Positions 56,647-64,000 of a stretch of 64,000 nt of DNA are shown here, piece after piece; position 1 is the stretch's first letter; every line of letters begins with the position of its first letter. The translations under genes and the position numbers were made by a program. Origin of the DNA: Candidatus Pelethomonas sp. (lineage in GTDB: Bacteria; Bacillota; Clostridia; Oscillospirales; Oscillospiraceae); assembly GCA_045658885.1 (NCBI GenBank), contig JAZOVU010000029.1:74652-138651 (forward strand), read 5' to 3'. The notes under the pieces were generated by a model. The model was given only the letters and a program-made list of their open reading frames with translations. It was not told the origin of the DNA and did not search any database.

Positions 56647-58155
56647 TTAGTAATAAGTTTGTGAATAGGTATCGTACAAAGTCTGATTATCCAGTGTGGC
56701 ATTGGCGAGGTCGTCGTAACCGTTGCCGATAGATTGCCGTGCTGTCCTGTCTGGCAGTGCGCCAGACGCATACAGGAGATAGCTGATGGCCTGTGATGCA
56801 CTGTCCACCATATCGTCATGCTTTCCAGCGGGAAATGCGGTGAATTGGTCTACGAACGCGGCAAGCCATTCTTCGCCCTGCGGCAAGAATACATGACCCG
56901 ATTCAATCGCTGGTGCAATGGCATTGACACGCGCCTCTTTGCCGCCTTTCGGCTGTACTGGCACACAGAACATCTCTTTTTGGAGCATTTGGATGATGGC
57001 ACTTCCGTTCGCCTTATCCTCGATAAGCACCGTCATAGCGTCTGGATAGAGTTGCTTCACGGTACGGATGGCCTCCAGCGTCTGTGGGAAATCCATGTGT
57101 TGATTCAGGCAGTAGCGCAGGTAGTAGTCGTTGCCGATTTTGCTCCACACCTCGATGGCCACGAAGTCGTTTTCGGTATTGCCCTTAAAGGTGGCATCTA
57201 CAGAAACAACACTCGTTGCAAAGAGAGGGTGATTTTTCGCATCGTAATACCGCCACCATGCACGCTTGACGAGATTGCCACCCTCCACACGGGGCGCACA
57301 CTGGTACAGTGCCGACCATGCGCGTGCTCCGCCCTCCGCACTGGCCAAATAGCTCTTTTTGAACTGTTCCAGCCATCGCTTATCCTTTCCCAGTTCTGGG
57401 CAAAGTGCCTCCCCTACAGCGCGCCCCAACGGGTCGTTCTCCTCTGCCTCTACTGGCAGACGCACCAGACGCACATTGTCCTCGAATTGCAACAGTCGCG
57501 CCGCCAAGTCGTCCTCGTGCCAAGGTGTCATAATCACAATCACCTTTGCGCTGGCTTGCAAACGGGATTTGAGCGAGTTCAGCCACTCATTCCACAGCTG
57601 ACTGCGGTAGGTTGGACTGTCCGCCTCGACACGGTTTTTAATCGGGTCGTCGATGATAAGTAAGTTGGCAGGGTTGCCTGTAATGCCAGAGCGAATACCA
57701 CGGCTCAGTAGCTGTCCATGGGTGGTTCCGTAGGCATTTTTCAGTTCAAATTCTCTGGCGCGGTTGACACCTGCAATCTCGACACCGAACAGGATTTTCC
57801 CGTATTGCGCCACTTTCTCCTTGTTACGCCGTGCGAAACGCTCTGCACTCTCATCGTTGTAGCTCGCCAGAATCACACGCCAGTCTGGATGCCGTCCTAA
57901 CACCCACCCAGGCAGTGCCTCTGTGACGGTCATACTCTTTCCGTGCTGTGGTGGCGTTTCGAGAATGAGGATATCGTATGCATTGCCCGTCGTGTTCTCC
58001 ACGAAGCTCTGAATCTCTGCTGCCAGATATTCTGCAAAGCGCGTGTTGCGCCACCGTTTGTTGACATAGCGCAGGTAGTGGATAAAGTGCCGTCTGGCCA
58101 GTTCACGCCTTGCCAGCTCCGTATGGATATCGCTCCTCGTCAGCACATGCCTCAC
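56647..58155 (-). CDS. terL: terminase large subunit
   Basis: Walker A-like ETPPQHGKS, Walker B LLIIDDP, and a C-terminal RNaseH-like nuclease region with DFVAIEV...HDDMVDS. Confidence 0.88.
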   Translation of the reverse strand: MRHVLTRSDIHTELARRELARRHFIHYLRYVNKRWRNTRFAEYLAAEIQSFVENTTGNAYDILILETPPQHGKSMTVTEALPGWVLGRHPDWRVILASYNDESAERFARRNKEKVAQYGKILFGVEIAGVNRAREFELKNAYGTTHGQLLSRGIRSGITGNPANLLIIDDPIKNRVEADSPTYRSQLWNEWLNSLKSRLQASAKVIVIMTPWHEDDLAARLLQFEDNVRLVRLPVEAEENDPLGRAVGEALCPELGKDKRWLEQFKKSYLASAEGGARAWSALYQCAPRVEGGNLVKRAWWRYYDAKNHPLFATSVVSVDATFKGNTENDFVAIEVWSKIGNDYYLRYCLNQHMDFPQTLEAIRTVKQLYPDAMTVLIEDKANGSAIIQMLQKEMFCVPVQPKGGKEARVNAIAPAIESGHVFLPQGEEWLAAFVDQFTAFPAGKHDDMVDSASQAISYLLYASGALPDRTARQSIGNGYDDLANATLDNQTLYDTYSQTYY

Positions 58156-58649
58156 GCTCCCATCTGGTCTGCCATCGCCAGAAGCTGTGCATCCGACAGC
58201 TCCTCCATCGGGGCCACAGGCTCTGCGCTGGTACTGGGCTTTGCCAATCCTTTGTGGTTGCGTTCCAGCTCATAGGTTAGACCGTTGATGCGCTTATTCT
58301 CACGCTCCAGTAGCTGTCTGCTTTTCCAGCCCAACATCCGTTCCTCCGCCTCCTGTGTCACCTCGCGGAAGATTTCCAGCTGGCAGTATCGCTCCCAAGT
58401 GGTCTTGTGGATACCCAGATGCTCACACAACCCGTAGATATCTGGCGGAATGTAAAATACTCTCCGCCGAATTATCTCGCCCAGCGCATTTTTGACGGGA
58501 ATCTGCTGGTAGACGGTATGCCCGTACTGGTCCTTGGCTCCCGTCGGCACCTGCTCTGTGACATCCTCCATCCGTGAGATGGTGTCGAAATAGTGATTCA
58601 CCGCTTGGCTCAATTCTGCGGTCGTCGTATAGGCTCTGTTTCTGCCCAT
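58152..58649 (-). CDS. terS: terminase small subunit
   Basis: 165 aa, overlaps the terL start. N-terminal HTH-like segment with the GLCEHLGIHKTTWERY pattern seen in terS families. Confidence 0.65.
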   Translation of the reverse strand: MGRNRAYTTTAELSQAVNHYFDTISRMEDVTEQVPTGAKDQYGHTVYQQIPVKNALGEIIRRRVFYIPPDIYGLCEHLGIHKTTWERYCQLEIFREVTQEAEERMLGWKSRQLLERENKRINGLTYELERNHKGLAKPSTSAEPVAPMEELSDAQLLAMADQMGA

Positions 58650-58819
58650 GCCTCTCCCTCCTGCGCCTCGCTACAGGCGCGCCCCCACGCGCATCATGCG
58701 CTCCCCCCAGTGCGTGCGCTGTCCGCCGCAAAATCCGTGCCCCTTTGCTCCGCACCAGGCTATCACCTCTGGACAAAGCAAAAAGCCCGAACCCACGATT
58801 TTCACACTTTCTGCGTCAA

Positions 58820-59020
58820 TCATGGGCTCGGGCTTCTGGAGCACTGGCCTCTGTCGATATCTAGCAACATCTCGTTTTTGCATTTTCGGCAAAACGCTGG
58901 GATGTTCCTGCCACTTGTGGTTGCCAAGACTTTCGGGGTCATTTTTCCCCTACAGACTGGGCAAACGGGGTATCCGTCTTTCACTGTGACCATTGTACCA
59001 TTATTGTGAGATATGTTCAA
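58820..59020 (-). CDS. cysteine-rich KTR-family small protein
   Basis: The CPVCRGK...FCRKCKNE four-Cys pattern and the length match the Cys-rich KTR family common in clostridial mobile elements. Confidence 0.55.
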   Translation of the reverse strand: MNISHNNGTMVTVKDGYPVCPVCRGKMTPKVLATTSGRNIPAFCRKCKNEMLLDIDRGQCSRSPSP

Positions 59021-59074
59021 TAGATTTCCCCTTCTTTCTCTTAGTCCGTTCTATTATTAAGACTGGTTTCAAGA

Positions 59075-59884
59075 CTAAAACCAAGATGCTATTTGCGGTT
59101 TTCGTCCTATAGCATAGCACGGTGTCGGCCGTATCTCCACAGGATAGAGCAGATACCTTGCTCCAATACAGTCTGCGAAGCCGTATGGGTTCTTCTCATG
59201 GAACTGGATGTAATCAATCGCTCCCTCTGGTGCAGTCAGCGTGATACCGTCTAACGGCAACTCGATGTACGCAACGGCAATCCTGCGGTCTACACTTCTG
59301 CTACAGCACCAGGTACGCTCTCCTGGCTTGGCGCGTCCAAATTCTCGCGCCTCCTTGGTGAGATACTTGGCAAGCTCGCGGTAATAATGGATATCCACAG
59401 GCTCCGCCCGAATCTCTCCGCACTCCCACAGACTGCGTAGCTCCTCGACCTCTCGGCTGTTGACGACCATGTGGTGATGGAGCCGTCCATGTTCCCAACT
59501 GGTATCTTGTCCAAACGGCGCACTATCCTCTGCCCTATGGAATCCCTCAGTGACATAGATGTAACGCAGTGCCTCGCCCCGTCGCTTTCGTACCTCGCGC
59601 AGTTTTCGCAAGAACTTGCGAATCTGTTGTTTCGCCATGTTTTTGTTGTCTGGCAGGTGCGTATCGTCATAGGTCAGTGTCACGACCGTATCCCCTTTGC
59701 CGAAATTGTTGGCAATGATAAGCTCCAGCTCCTGCCAACTGCATTTATTGTTATAAAACTGCATGGCGGCAGAGGTTGTTTTGGTTCGTGCCCCTCTACT
59801 TCGTTTTTTCTGGCTACCGTCTGGAATGGTACCGATAACCTCAATATGGAGCAAGCCAGCTCGGATATGCTTTATCGCTTTCAT
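59075..59884 (-). CDS. HUH-superfamily rolling-circle replication initiator (Rep)
   Basis: Motif order VVTLTY (motif 1), RLHHHMVV (HUH, motif 2), AKYLTKE (catalytic Tyr, motif 3). Confidence 0.68.
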   Translation of the reverse strand: MKAIKHIRAGLLHIEVIGTIPDGSQKKRSRGARTKTTSAAMQFYNNKCSWQELELIIANNFGKGDTVVTLTYDDTHLPDNKNMAKQQIRKFLRKLREVRKRRGEALRYIYVTEGFHRAEDSAPFGQDTSWEHGRLHHHMVVNSREVEELRSLWECGEIRAEPVDIHYYRELAKYLTKEAREFGRAKPGERTWCCSRSVDRRIAVAYIELPLDGITLTAPEGAIDYIQFHEKNPYGFADCIGARYLLYPVEIRPTPCYAIGRKPQIASWF

Positions 59885-60051
59885 TTCTCACCTCGCATCA
59901 CGAGGTACATCTGATGGAGCCATATTCTGATTTGCACGAGTAAACCTGCCCTTTTGAACCCCTTGTACCCTTTCTGCGTCAGGCACAGTCTGCACGGACT
60001 GGATGGCGTTGGTCTACAGAAGTAATTATCACAACAATCACAGTTTTTCAT
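59881..60051 (-). CDS. small Cys-rich hypothetical protein
   Basis: MKNCDCCDNYFCRP...CRLC. AGGGGGG RBS. ATGA overlap with the rep start. Confidence 0.4.
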   Translation of the reverse strand: MKNCDCCDNYFCRPTPSSPCRLCLTQKGYKGFKRAGLLVQIRIWLHQMYLVMRGEK

Positions 60052-60343
60052 TGGCACCCCCCTGTTGTAACCACCAAGCGAAAGTATCTCCATACGGGCA
60101 ACCGCGCCCTACATCGTCACACGGATGCAGGCGCACCGTTTCTCCCTCTGTGTTGATAGTATCGATTCCCTCACAGTTTCGACAGAAACGGTCGGTAAAA
60201 TCTGCCCATATTTCCTCACCCGTATGGATTTGGCGCAGAAATGCAATCAATGCCGTGTCATTTTTCGTTCTAATCTGGTCGAGCACCGTTCTCGGTGGAA
60301 ACAGCTTCCAATAGAGCTGATACACCATGTTTCTAATCCGCAT
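60038..60343 (-). CDS. hypothetical protein
   Basis: GGAGGAGGA RBS lies 5 nt before the ATG at 60343. The protein has a Cys-containing C-terminal half. The longer ORF from 60400 would start inside palindromic motif B. Confidence 0.45.
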   Translation of the reverse strand: MRIRNMVYQLYWKLFPPRTVLDQIRTKNDTALIAFLRQIHTGEEIWADFTDRFCRNCEGIDTINTEGETVRLHPCDDVGRGCPYGDTFAWWLQQGGANEKL

Positions 60344-60377
60344 TCGTTTCCTCCTCCCACTGCTATATGGTGTCTGC

Positions 60378-60399
60378 ATTTGTGTCCAAGTCGGACACA
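60378..60399. repeat. palindromic motif copy B (ATTTGTGTCCAAGTCGGACACA)
   Basis: Identical to the 22-mer at 61846-61867. It lies in one of the few intergenic gaps of the element (60344-60416). Confidence 0.85.
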
Positions 60400-60416
60400 T
60401 CCTCCTTCGCCCCCTG

Positions 60417-60620
60417 TCAACTCATTTGGAACGATTCCCGAAAGGCTGTGCCGTTCATCGCCACCTCCACGGTATAATACCGCCTGGTCGGGTGGATATA
60501 GACCACCCGACCAACGACACAACTGGCGACCTGTTGCTTTGTCTGTGGGTCAATCAGTTTCGCGTGTGTCGCAAACCCAGCAGGGATAAATTGCTTTCTA
60601 TCGCCTAACTTAACCATCAT
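60417..60620 (-). CDS. hypothetical small protein
   Basis: 67 aa. Overlaps the stop of the ParB-like gene, consistent with coupling. Confidence 0.4.
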   Translation of the reverse strand: MMVKLGDRKQFIPAGFATHAKLIDPQTKQQVASCVVGRVVYIHPTRRYYTVEVAMNGTAFRESFQMS

Positions 60621-61911
60621 ACACCTCCTCCAGCTCTCTCCACTTGGATGCAGGGATTACCCCACCGTGTATCTCATCCGTCAGACCGAGGAGATAATCT
60701 GCGCTACAGCGCAGTAGCTTGCACACCTGCGCAGGACACTCCAATGTTTCTGGGGTCAGTTTCTCTTTGTACCAACTTCCAGATTTTTGGAAATCCCCCT
60801 GCGCCCATCTACGGATACTTTCAACGCTATACTTGTTCCACCGTTCCCACTGGATTGTCACATCATCCGCCAAACCTGCCGCATCAATTGCTCGTAACAG
60901 TCGTTTGGCACATTCCTGTGTTTTCTGCCGATACAGGCTTTCTCGCTCTCGTCGTTCAGCCTGTAGGTGTTCCTCTGTCTCCGCCTTTTTCGCCGCCTGC
61001 ACCGCTTTTGCGTGACTGCACATTCTCTCGCAGGGAGCATAGTTTCGCTCGGCTGGTCCACAGGTTAGACAACATCGGTTGCCACCGCACATACTCCAAC
61101 GATTTTCTAAGTCGTGACGGAGGAAGCGGTCCCCATCGGGGCAACTTGTTCCGTCTGGACATTGAAGGTCTTTTGCGTCCCATCGCCACCCCTGTTCGTA
61201 CTGTTTTAGCAGGCTCTCGATAGTATCACTGCGCGGTATATTGGTTCCCATAACGGTACTAATTCTGTGCTGTAGTTCCACAGGCAAACGCGCCAACGCA
61301 TAGGCTGTCTGCTCTGGGAGTTTATTCTGTTCAAAGAGGCACAGGAACTCGCAGTAGAGCTTCTCGCGAATGACTTTCAACCGTGCCAGTTTGGACGCGC
61401 TGACCTTACACGCCGCCGCAACCAAATCGCGCATCCGTCCAGGAAATTCATACCCCTCCTCCTTGAGCCGATAAAACAGCAGTTCCGTTTTTTCCGCCTG
61501 TTTTGCAATCTCTGCACTACTAAGTACGCGGTTGGTAGAGTTTGAGAGGATTAACTGCAATTCCGCCAGAGCCGAGCTTTCGTATGTTCGCACCGTACAC
61601 GGAATGCTCTGGAATCGTGTGTCCCCCTCTTTGACCAGTTCCAGACAAGCGGTATATCGCCGTTCACCGTCAATCAATTGCCACTTCCCCTCCTGCTCTG
61701 GGTGCTTCGTCACCAGCGGATAGTGGTGCAACCCATCCATTGCGATGGAGTGCATCAGTGGTTCCAGTGCTTCTCTGTCAATGGTATAAAAGTTCATGGG
61801 GTTTGGGATGATGTCCGTGAGAGGAATCATTTTGACCTCTGGTGTATTTGTGTCCAAGTCGGACACAATGCCACTGATAGCGGCCGCCAAATCAAATGGT
61901 TTTTTCGCCAT
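60610..61911 (-). CDS. ParB/Srx-like N-terminal domain protein with a Cys-rich middle region and a C-terminal XRE-type HTH tail
   Basis: IPLTDIIPNPMN...LIDGERRY is the ParB N-terminal fold. A CPDGTSCPDG...CGGNRCCLTCGP...C...C cluster follows. The C-terminus CSADYLLGLTDE is characteristic of Cro/C1 HTH ends. Start set at MAKKPFD. Confidence 0.78.
   Translation of the reverse strand: MAKKPFDLAAAISGIVSDLDTNTPEVKMIPLTDIIPNPMNFYTIDREALEPLMHSIAMDGLHHYPLVTKHPEQEGKWQLIDGERRYTACLELVKEGDTRFQSIPCTVRTYESSALAELQLILSNSTNRVLSSAEIAKQAEKTELLFYRLKEEGYEFPGRMRDLVAAACKVSASKLARLKVIREKLYCEFLCLFEQNKLPEQTAYALARLPVELQHRISTVMGTNIPRSDTIESLLKQYEQGWRWDAKDLQCPDGTSCPDGDRFLRHDLENRWSMCGGNRCCLTCGPAERNYAPCERMCSHAKAVQAAKKAETEEHLQAERRERESLYRQKTQECAKRLLRAIDAAGLADDVTIQWERWNKYSVESIRRWAQGDFQKSGSWYKEKLTPETLECPAQVCKLLRCSADYLLGLTDEIHGGVIPASKWRELEEVYDG
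61846..61867. repeat. palindromic motif copy C (ATTTGTGTCCAAGTCGGACACA)
   Basis: It lies inside the first 22 codons of the ParB-like gene, just downstream of the parA stop. Confidence 0.85.
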
Positions 61912-62686
61912 GGCTGTTTCCCTCCAGATACTCGATGACAAACTTCGCATAGTCCCTCGCTGCCGCACATCTGGGGCTGTGGAGATAAAGCGGATGATGG
62001 GCAAAGGTACTCTCGTCAACCAGTCGGTCCGTCCAGCGGATGGTCTGCTGAAATACAGGGATTTTGCTCTTGCGTAAAAACTCCACCGCCTCGTTGGTAT
62101 TCTGTGCATTGCGGTACATCGTGACCAAGGCCCCCACCAGACGCAGTGCAGGGTTGATTTTTCGCATATTGCCGATTTGTTTGAGCAATTCCAGCAGACC
62201 ACTCAGCGAGAACGCATCTATCTTCATCGGTACAATCACTTCATCTGCCGCAAGTAAGGACGCTTTTGCCGCCGTGGAGAAGCTGGGTGGCAGGTCGATA
62301 ATCACATGGTCATAGGCATCATCCTCTGCTACACAGAGCAGGAAATCACGCAGACGATACAACCACCGATTTTGTTCCGAGAGGGTATCGGCTCCCCCCA
62401 TATCCAAGTCCGCCAGTGTCATATCGGACGGAATGATATCCAATCCCTCGATACCACTGCCCTGTACATTGTCCGCCCAATACGGTTCCTGTTCTCCTGT
62501 GAGAATTTCTCGCAGTGTAGTACAGTCCGTATCCGTGGAGAAGAACGAACTACTGTTCCCCTGATGGTCCGCATCAATCAGCAGGACACGCTTGCCATGC
62601 TTTGTGGCAAGGATAGCCGCCATGTTGACAGCGGTGATAGTCTTGGCTACCCCGCCCTTCAGGTTCATCATTGCTGTTGTTTTCAT
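61892..62686 (-). CDS. parA: ParA/Soj-type partition ATPase
   Basis: Deviant Walker A NLKGGVAKT, LLIDADHQGN, and typical length (264 aa). Confidence 0.88.
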   Translation of the reverse strand: MKTTAMMNLKGGVAKTITAVNMAAILATKHGKRVLLIDADHQGNSSSFFSTDTDCTTLREILTGEQEPYWADNVQGSGIEGLDIIPSDMTLADLDMGGADTLSEQNRWLYRLRDFLLCVAEDDAYDHVIIDLPPSFSTAAKASLLAADEVIVPMKIDAFSLSGLLELLKQIGNMRKINPALRLVGALVTMYRNAQNTNEAVEFLRKSKIPVFQQTIRWTDRLVDESTFAHHPLYLHSPRCAAARDYAKFVIEYLEGNSHGEKTI

Positions 62687-62711
62687 GCTTTCAAAATGCT
62701 CCTTCCGTTTT

Positions 62712-64000
62712 TCAAGACTCCCCTATGCTAGGGAGATTGTCAGCCGTATGGCTGGCTGATGGGTTGTCAAGTGTCTTTGCCTGTCTTGCAATCTCCTCGT
62801 AGTACCGCTCAGTATTCCAGTTTTTACTGGTCGTTTCCGTTTTCGATACTTGCTTTTTTTCCTGCGTGAAGAACTGCTTATCACCATCGAAGTCCAGCAA
62901 CATCCCCACACCTGCGATACCGTCCTTATTCTTTGCGATATCGAGGACACGCCGAGAGCAGTAGTCCTTTGGGTTTTCCTTGTACAGCAGAAGTACGGCA
63001 TCGGCATCCTGTTCAATCTGACCACTCTGGCGCAGACTGCTCATGGTCGGGGCATTGTTACTGCCATCTCTGGCACGGCTCAGTTGGCTCAGTGCGATAA
63101 TGGTTTTCCCTGTGCGCCGTCCCAACTGTTGCAGGTCGTTGCTCACTTGGCTGACGCGCTGAAATTCGTCTGTGGCTTTCACCCCGGGGATTTTCTGGAG
63201 GTAGTCAATCACGATAACATCGTAGTGCTGTGCCATCGCATACGCGCCGATACCGCTGACCGTCATACCGCTTGTTTCGAGAAACTCCAGTTGCGGTGCG
63301 GTCATATACTGACGCATCCCCCAAATTCTCTTATAATCTTTGTCATTCAGCCTGTTCTTCATAATCCGCGCGAAGCTCGTCTGCGTCTGACAGGCAACCG
63401 CACGGTCGTAGAGCTTGTCCGCGCCTGTTTCGTAGCTGAAGAACCCGACACGCTTCTCCTGTGCGATATGGAACGCTACCTGCAAGGCAAATGCGGTCTT
63501 ACCTGCGGACGGATAGCCACCGACCACCACCATATCACCCTTGCCGATATGTAACTGCTCGTCCAGTTTCGGGAAGCCGAACCGCAGATACTTCTCCTCT
63601 TTTCCACCGTCCTTGCGTGAGAGGAACGAACGAAATGCCTGTTCCATCGTCACCCTGCGGACATCGTGCCGTTCGCACAGCAGGAGATTGCCCTTGTCAA
63701 ACAGTTCACGCATCTGCTCATCTTCGTCCGCCTCGGAAATCTGCATCCCCAATTCGCGCAGTTGCCACCTACGGCTTTTGTTTCGTAGGCTCTTAGCATA
63801 CTCGTCCGCATTGGCGGCGGTCGGGGTTGCGTTCATAATGTCGGCGAGATACGCGTTGTACTGTCCACCCAGACGCTCATTGACGAGGATACCATCCACC
63901 TTACTACCCTCGGCGTACAACTCTCGGATGGCACGGAACACGCTTTTCTGCTCAGGCAGTAGGAAATCGTCCTCACTGACTGCCATCAGCATCGGCCCTA
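62712..64000 (-). CDS. DnaB-like replicative helicase (5' end probably beyond the window)
   Basis: RecA-like domain with Walker A GYPSAGKT, VIVIDYLQ and SQLSR. The frame is still open at position 64000. Confidence 0.82.
   Translation of the reverse strand, partial: GPMLMAVSEDDFLLPEQKSVFRAIRELYAEGSKVDGILVNERLGGQYNAYLADIMNATPTAANADEYAKSLRNKSRRWQLRELGMQISEADEDEQMRELFDKGNLLLCERHDVRRVTMEQAFRSFLSRKDGGKEEKYLRFGFPKLDEQLHIGKGDMVVVGGYPSAGKTAFALQVAFHIAQEKRVGFFSYETGADKLYDRAVACQTQTSFARIMKNRLNDKDYKRIWGMRQYMTAPQLEFLETSGMTVSGIGAYAMAQHYDVIVIDYLQKIPGVKATDEFQRVSQVSNDLQQLGRRTGKTIIALSQLSRARDGSNNAPTMSSLRQSGQIEQDADAVLLLYKENPKDYCSRRVLDIAKNKDGIAGVGMLLDFDGDKQFFTQEKKQVSKTETTSKNWNTERYYEEIARQAKTLDNPSASHTADNLPSIGES

Larger units (their letters stand above)
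41797..64000 (-). mobile_element. integrated phage-like element (fic cargo, head/packaging module and plasmid-like replication/partition module); right end lies beyond the window
   Basis: It begins where cotJC homology stops. It contains terS, terL, portal, capsid, scaffold, a giant virion-type ORF, an HUH Rep, ParA, a ParB-like protein and DnaB, nearly all on the minus strand with overlapping stop/start codons. Confidence 0.7.

Overview
This window looks like chromosomal DNA from a Firmicutes/Clostridia-type organism at roughly 50-55% GC. That taxonomic guess rests on gene content and RBS style, not on any search.

Region 1-32200 is mostly housekeeping. It holds gdhA, an MFS transporter, a PRTase, addAB, ispDF, carD, an HD-GYP response regulator, and a nine-gene purine operon (purE-C-F-M-N, a PurO-like IMP cyclohydrolase, an AICARFT-only purH, purD, purL). 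The operon sits behind a consensus promoter and what reads as a ZTP (pfl) riboswitch. After the operon comes a small island (APH/CotS-like kinase, XRE-TPR regulator, orphan large serine recombinase), then trxA, radA and cwlD.

Region 32476-41131 is a complete type I-C CRISPR-Cas locus (cas3-cas5c-cas8c-cas7c-cas4-cas1-cas2) with a 12-repeat, 11-spacer array.

A fused cotJA/cotJB gene follows directly. Next to it, cotJC keeps only about 32 recognisable codons.

From about 41797 to the window end lies foreign DNA:
- An AT-rich fic gene with its own promoter and terminator.
- On the minus strand, a tightly coupled phage-like element that runs off the window edge: DnaB-like helicase, ParA, a multidomain ParB-like protein, an HUH rolling-circle Rep, a Cys-rich KTR protein, terS, terL, scaffold, major capsid, portal, a 701-aa Q/W-repeat protein and a 2425-aa giant protein.

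The most interesting material is this element:
- Its apparent insertion into cotJC.
- Its mix of plasmid-like and head modules with no recognisable tail or lysis genes in view.
- The giant HExxH-containing ORF and the repeat protein that follow the portal.
- A 20-22 bp palindromic motif present three times.

All functional calls come from reading motifs in the supplied translations. No database search was possible.
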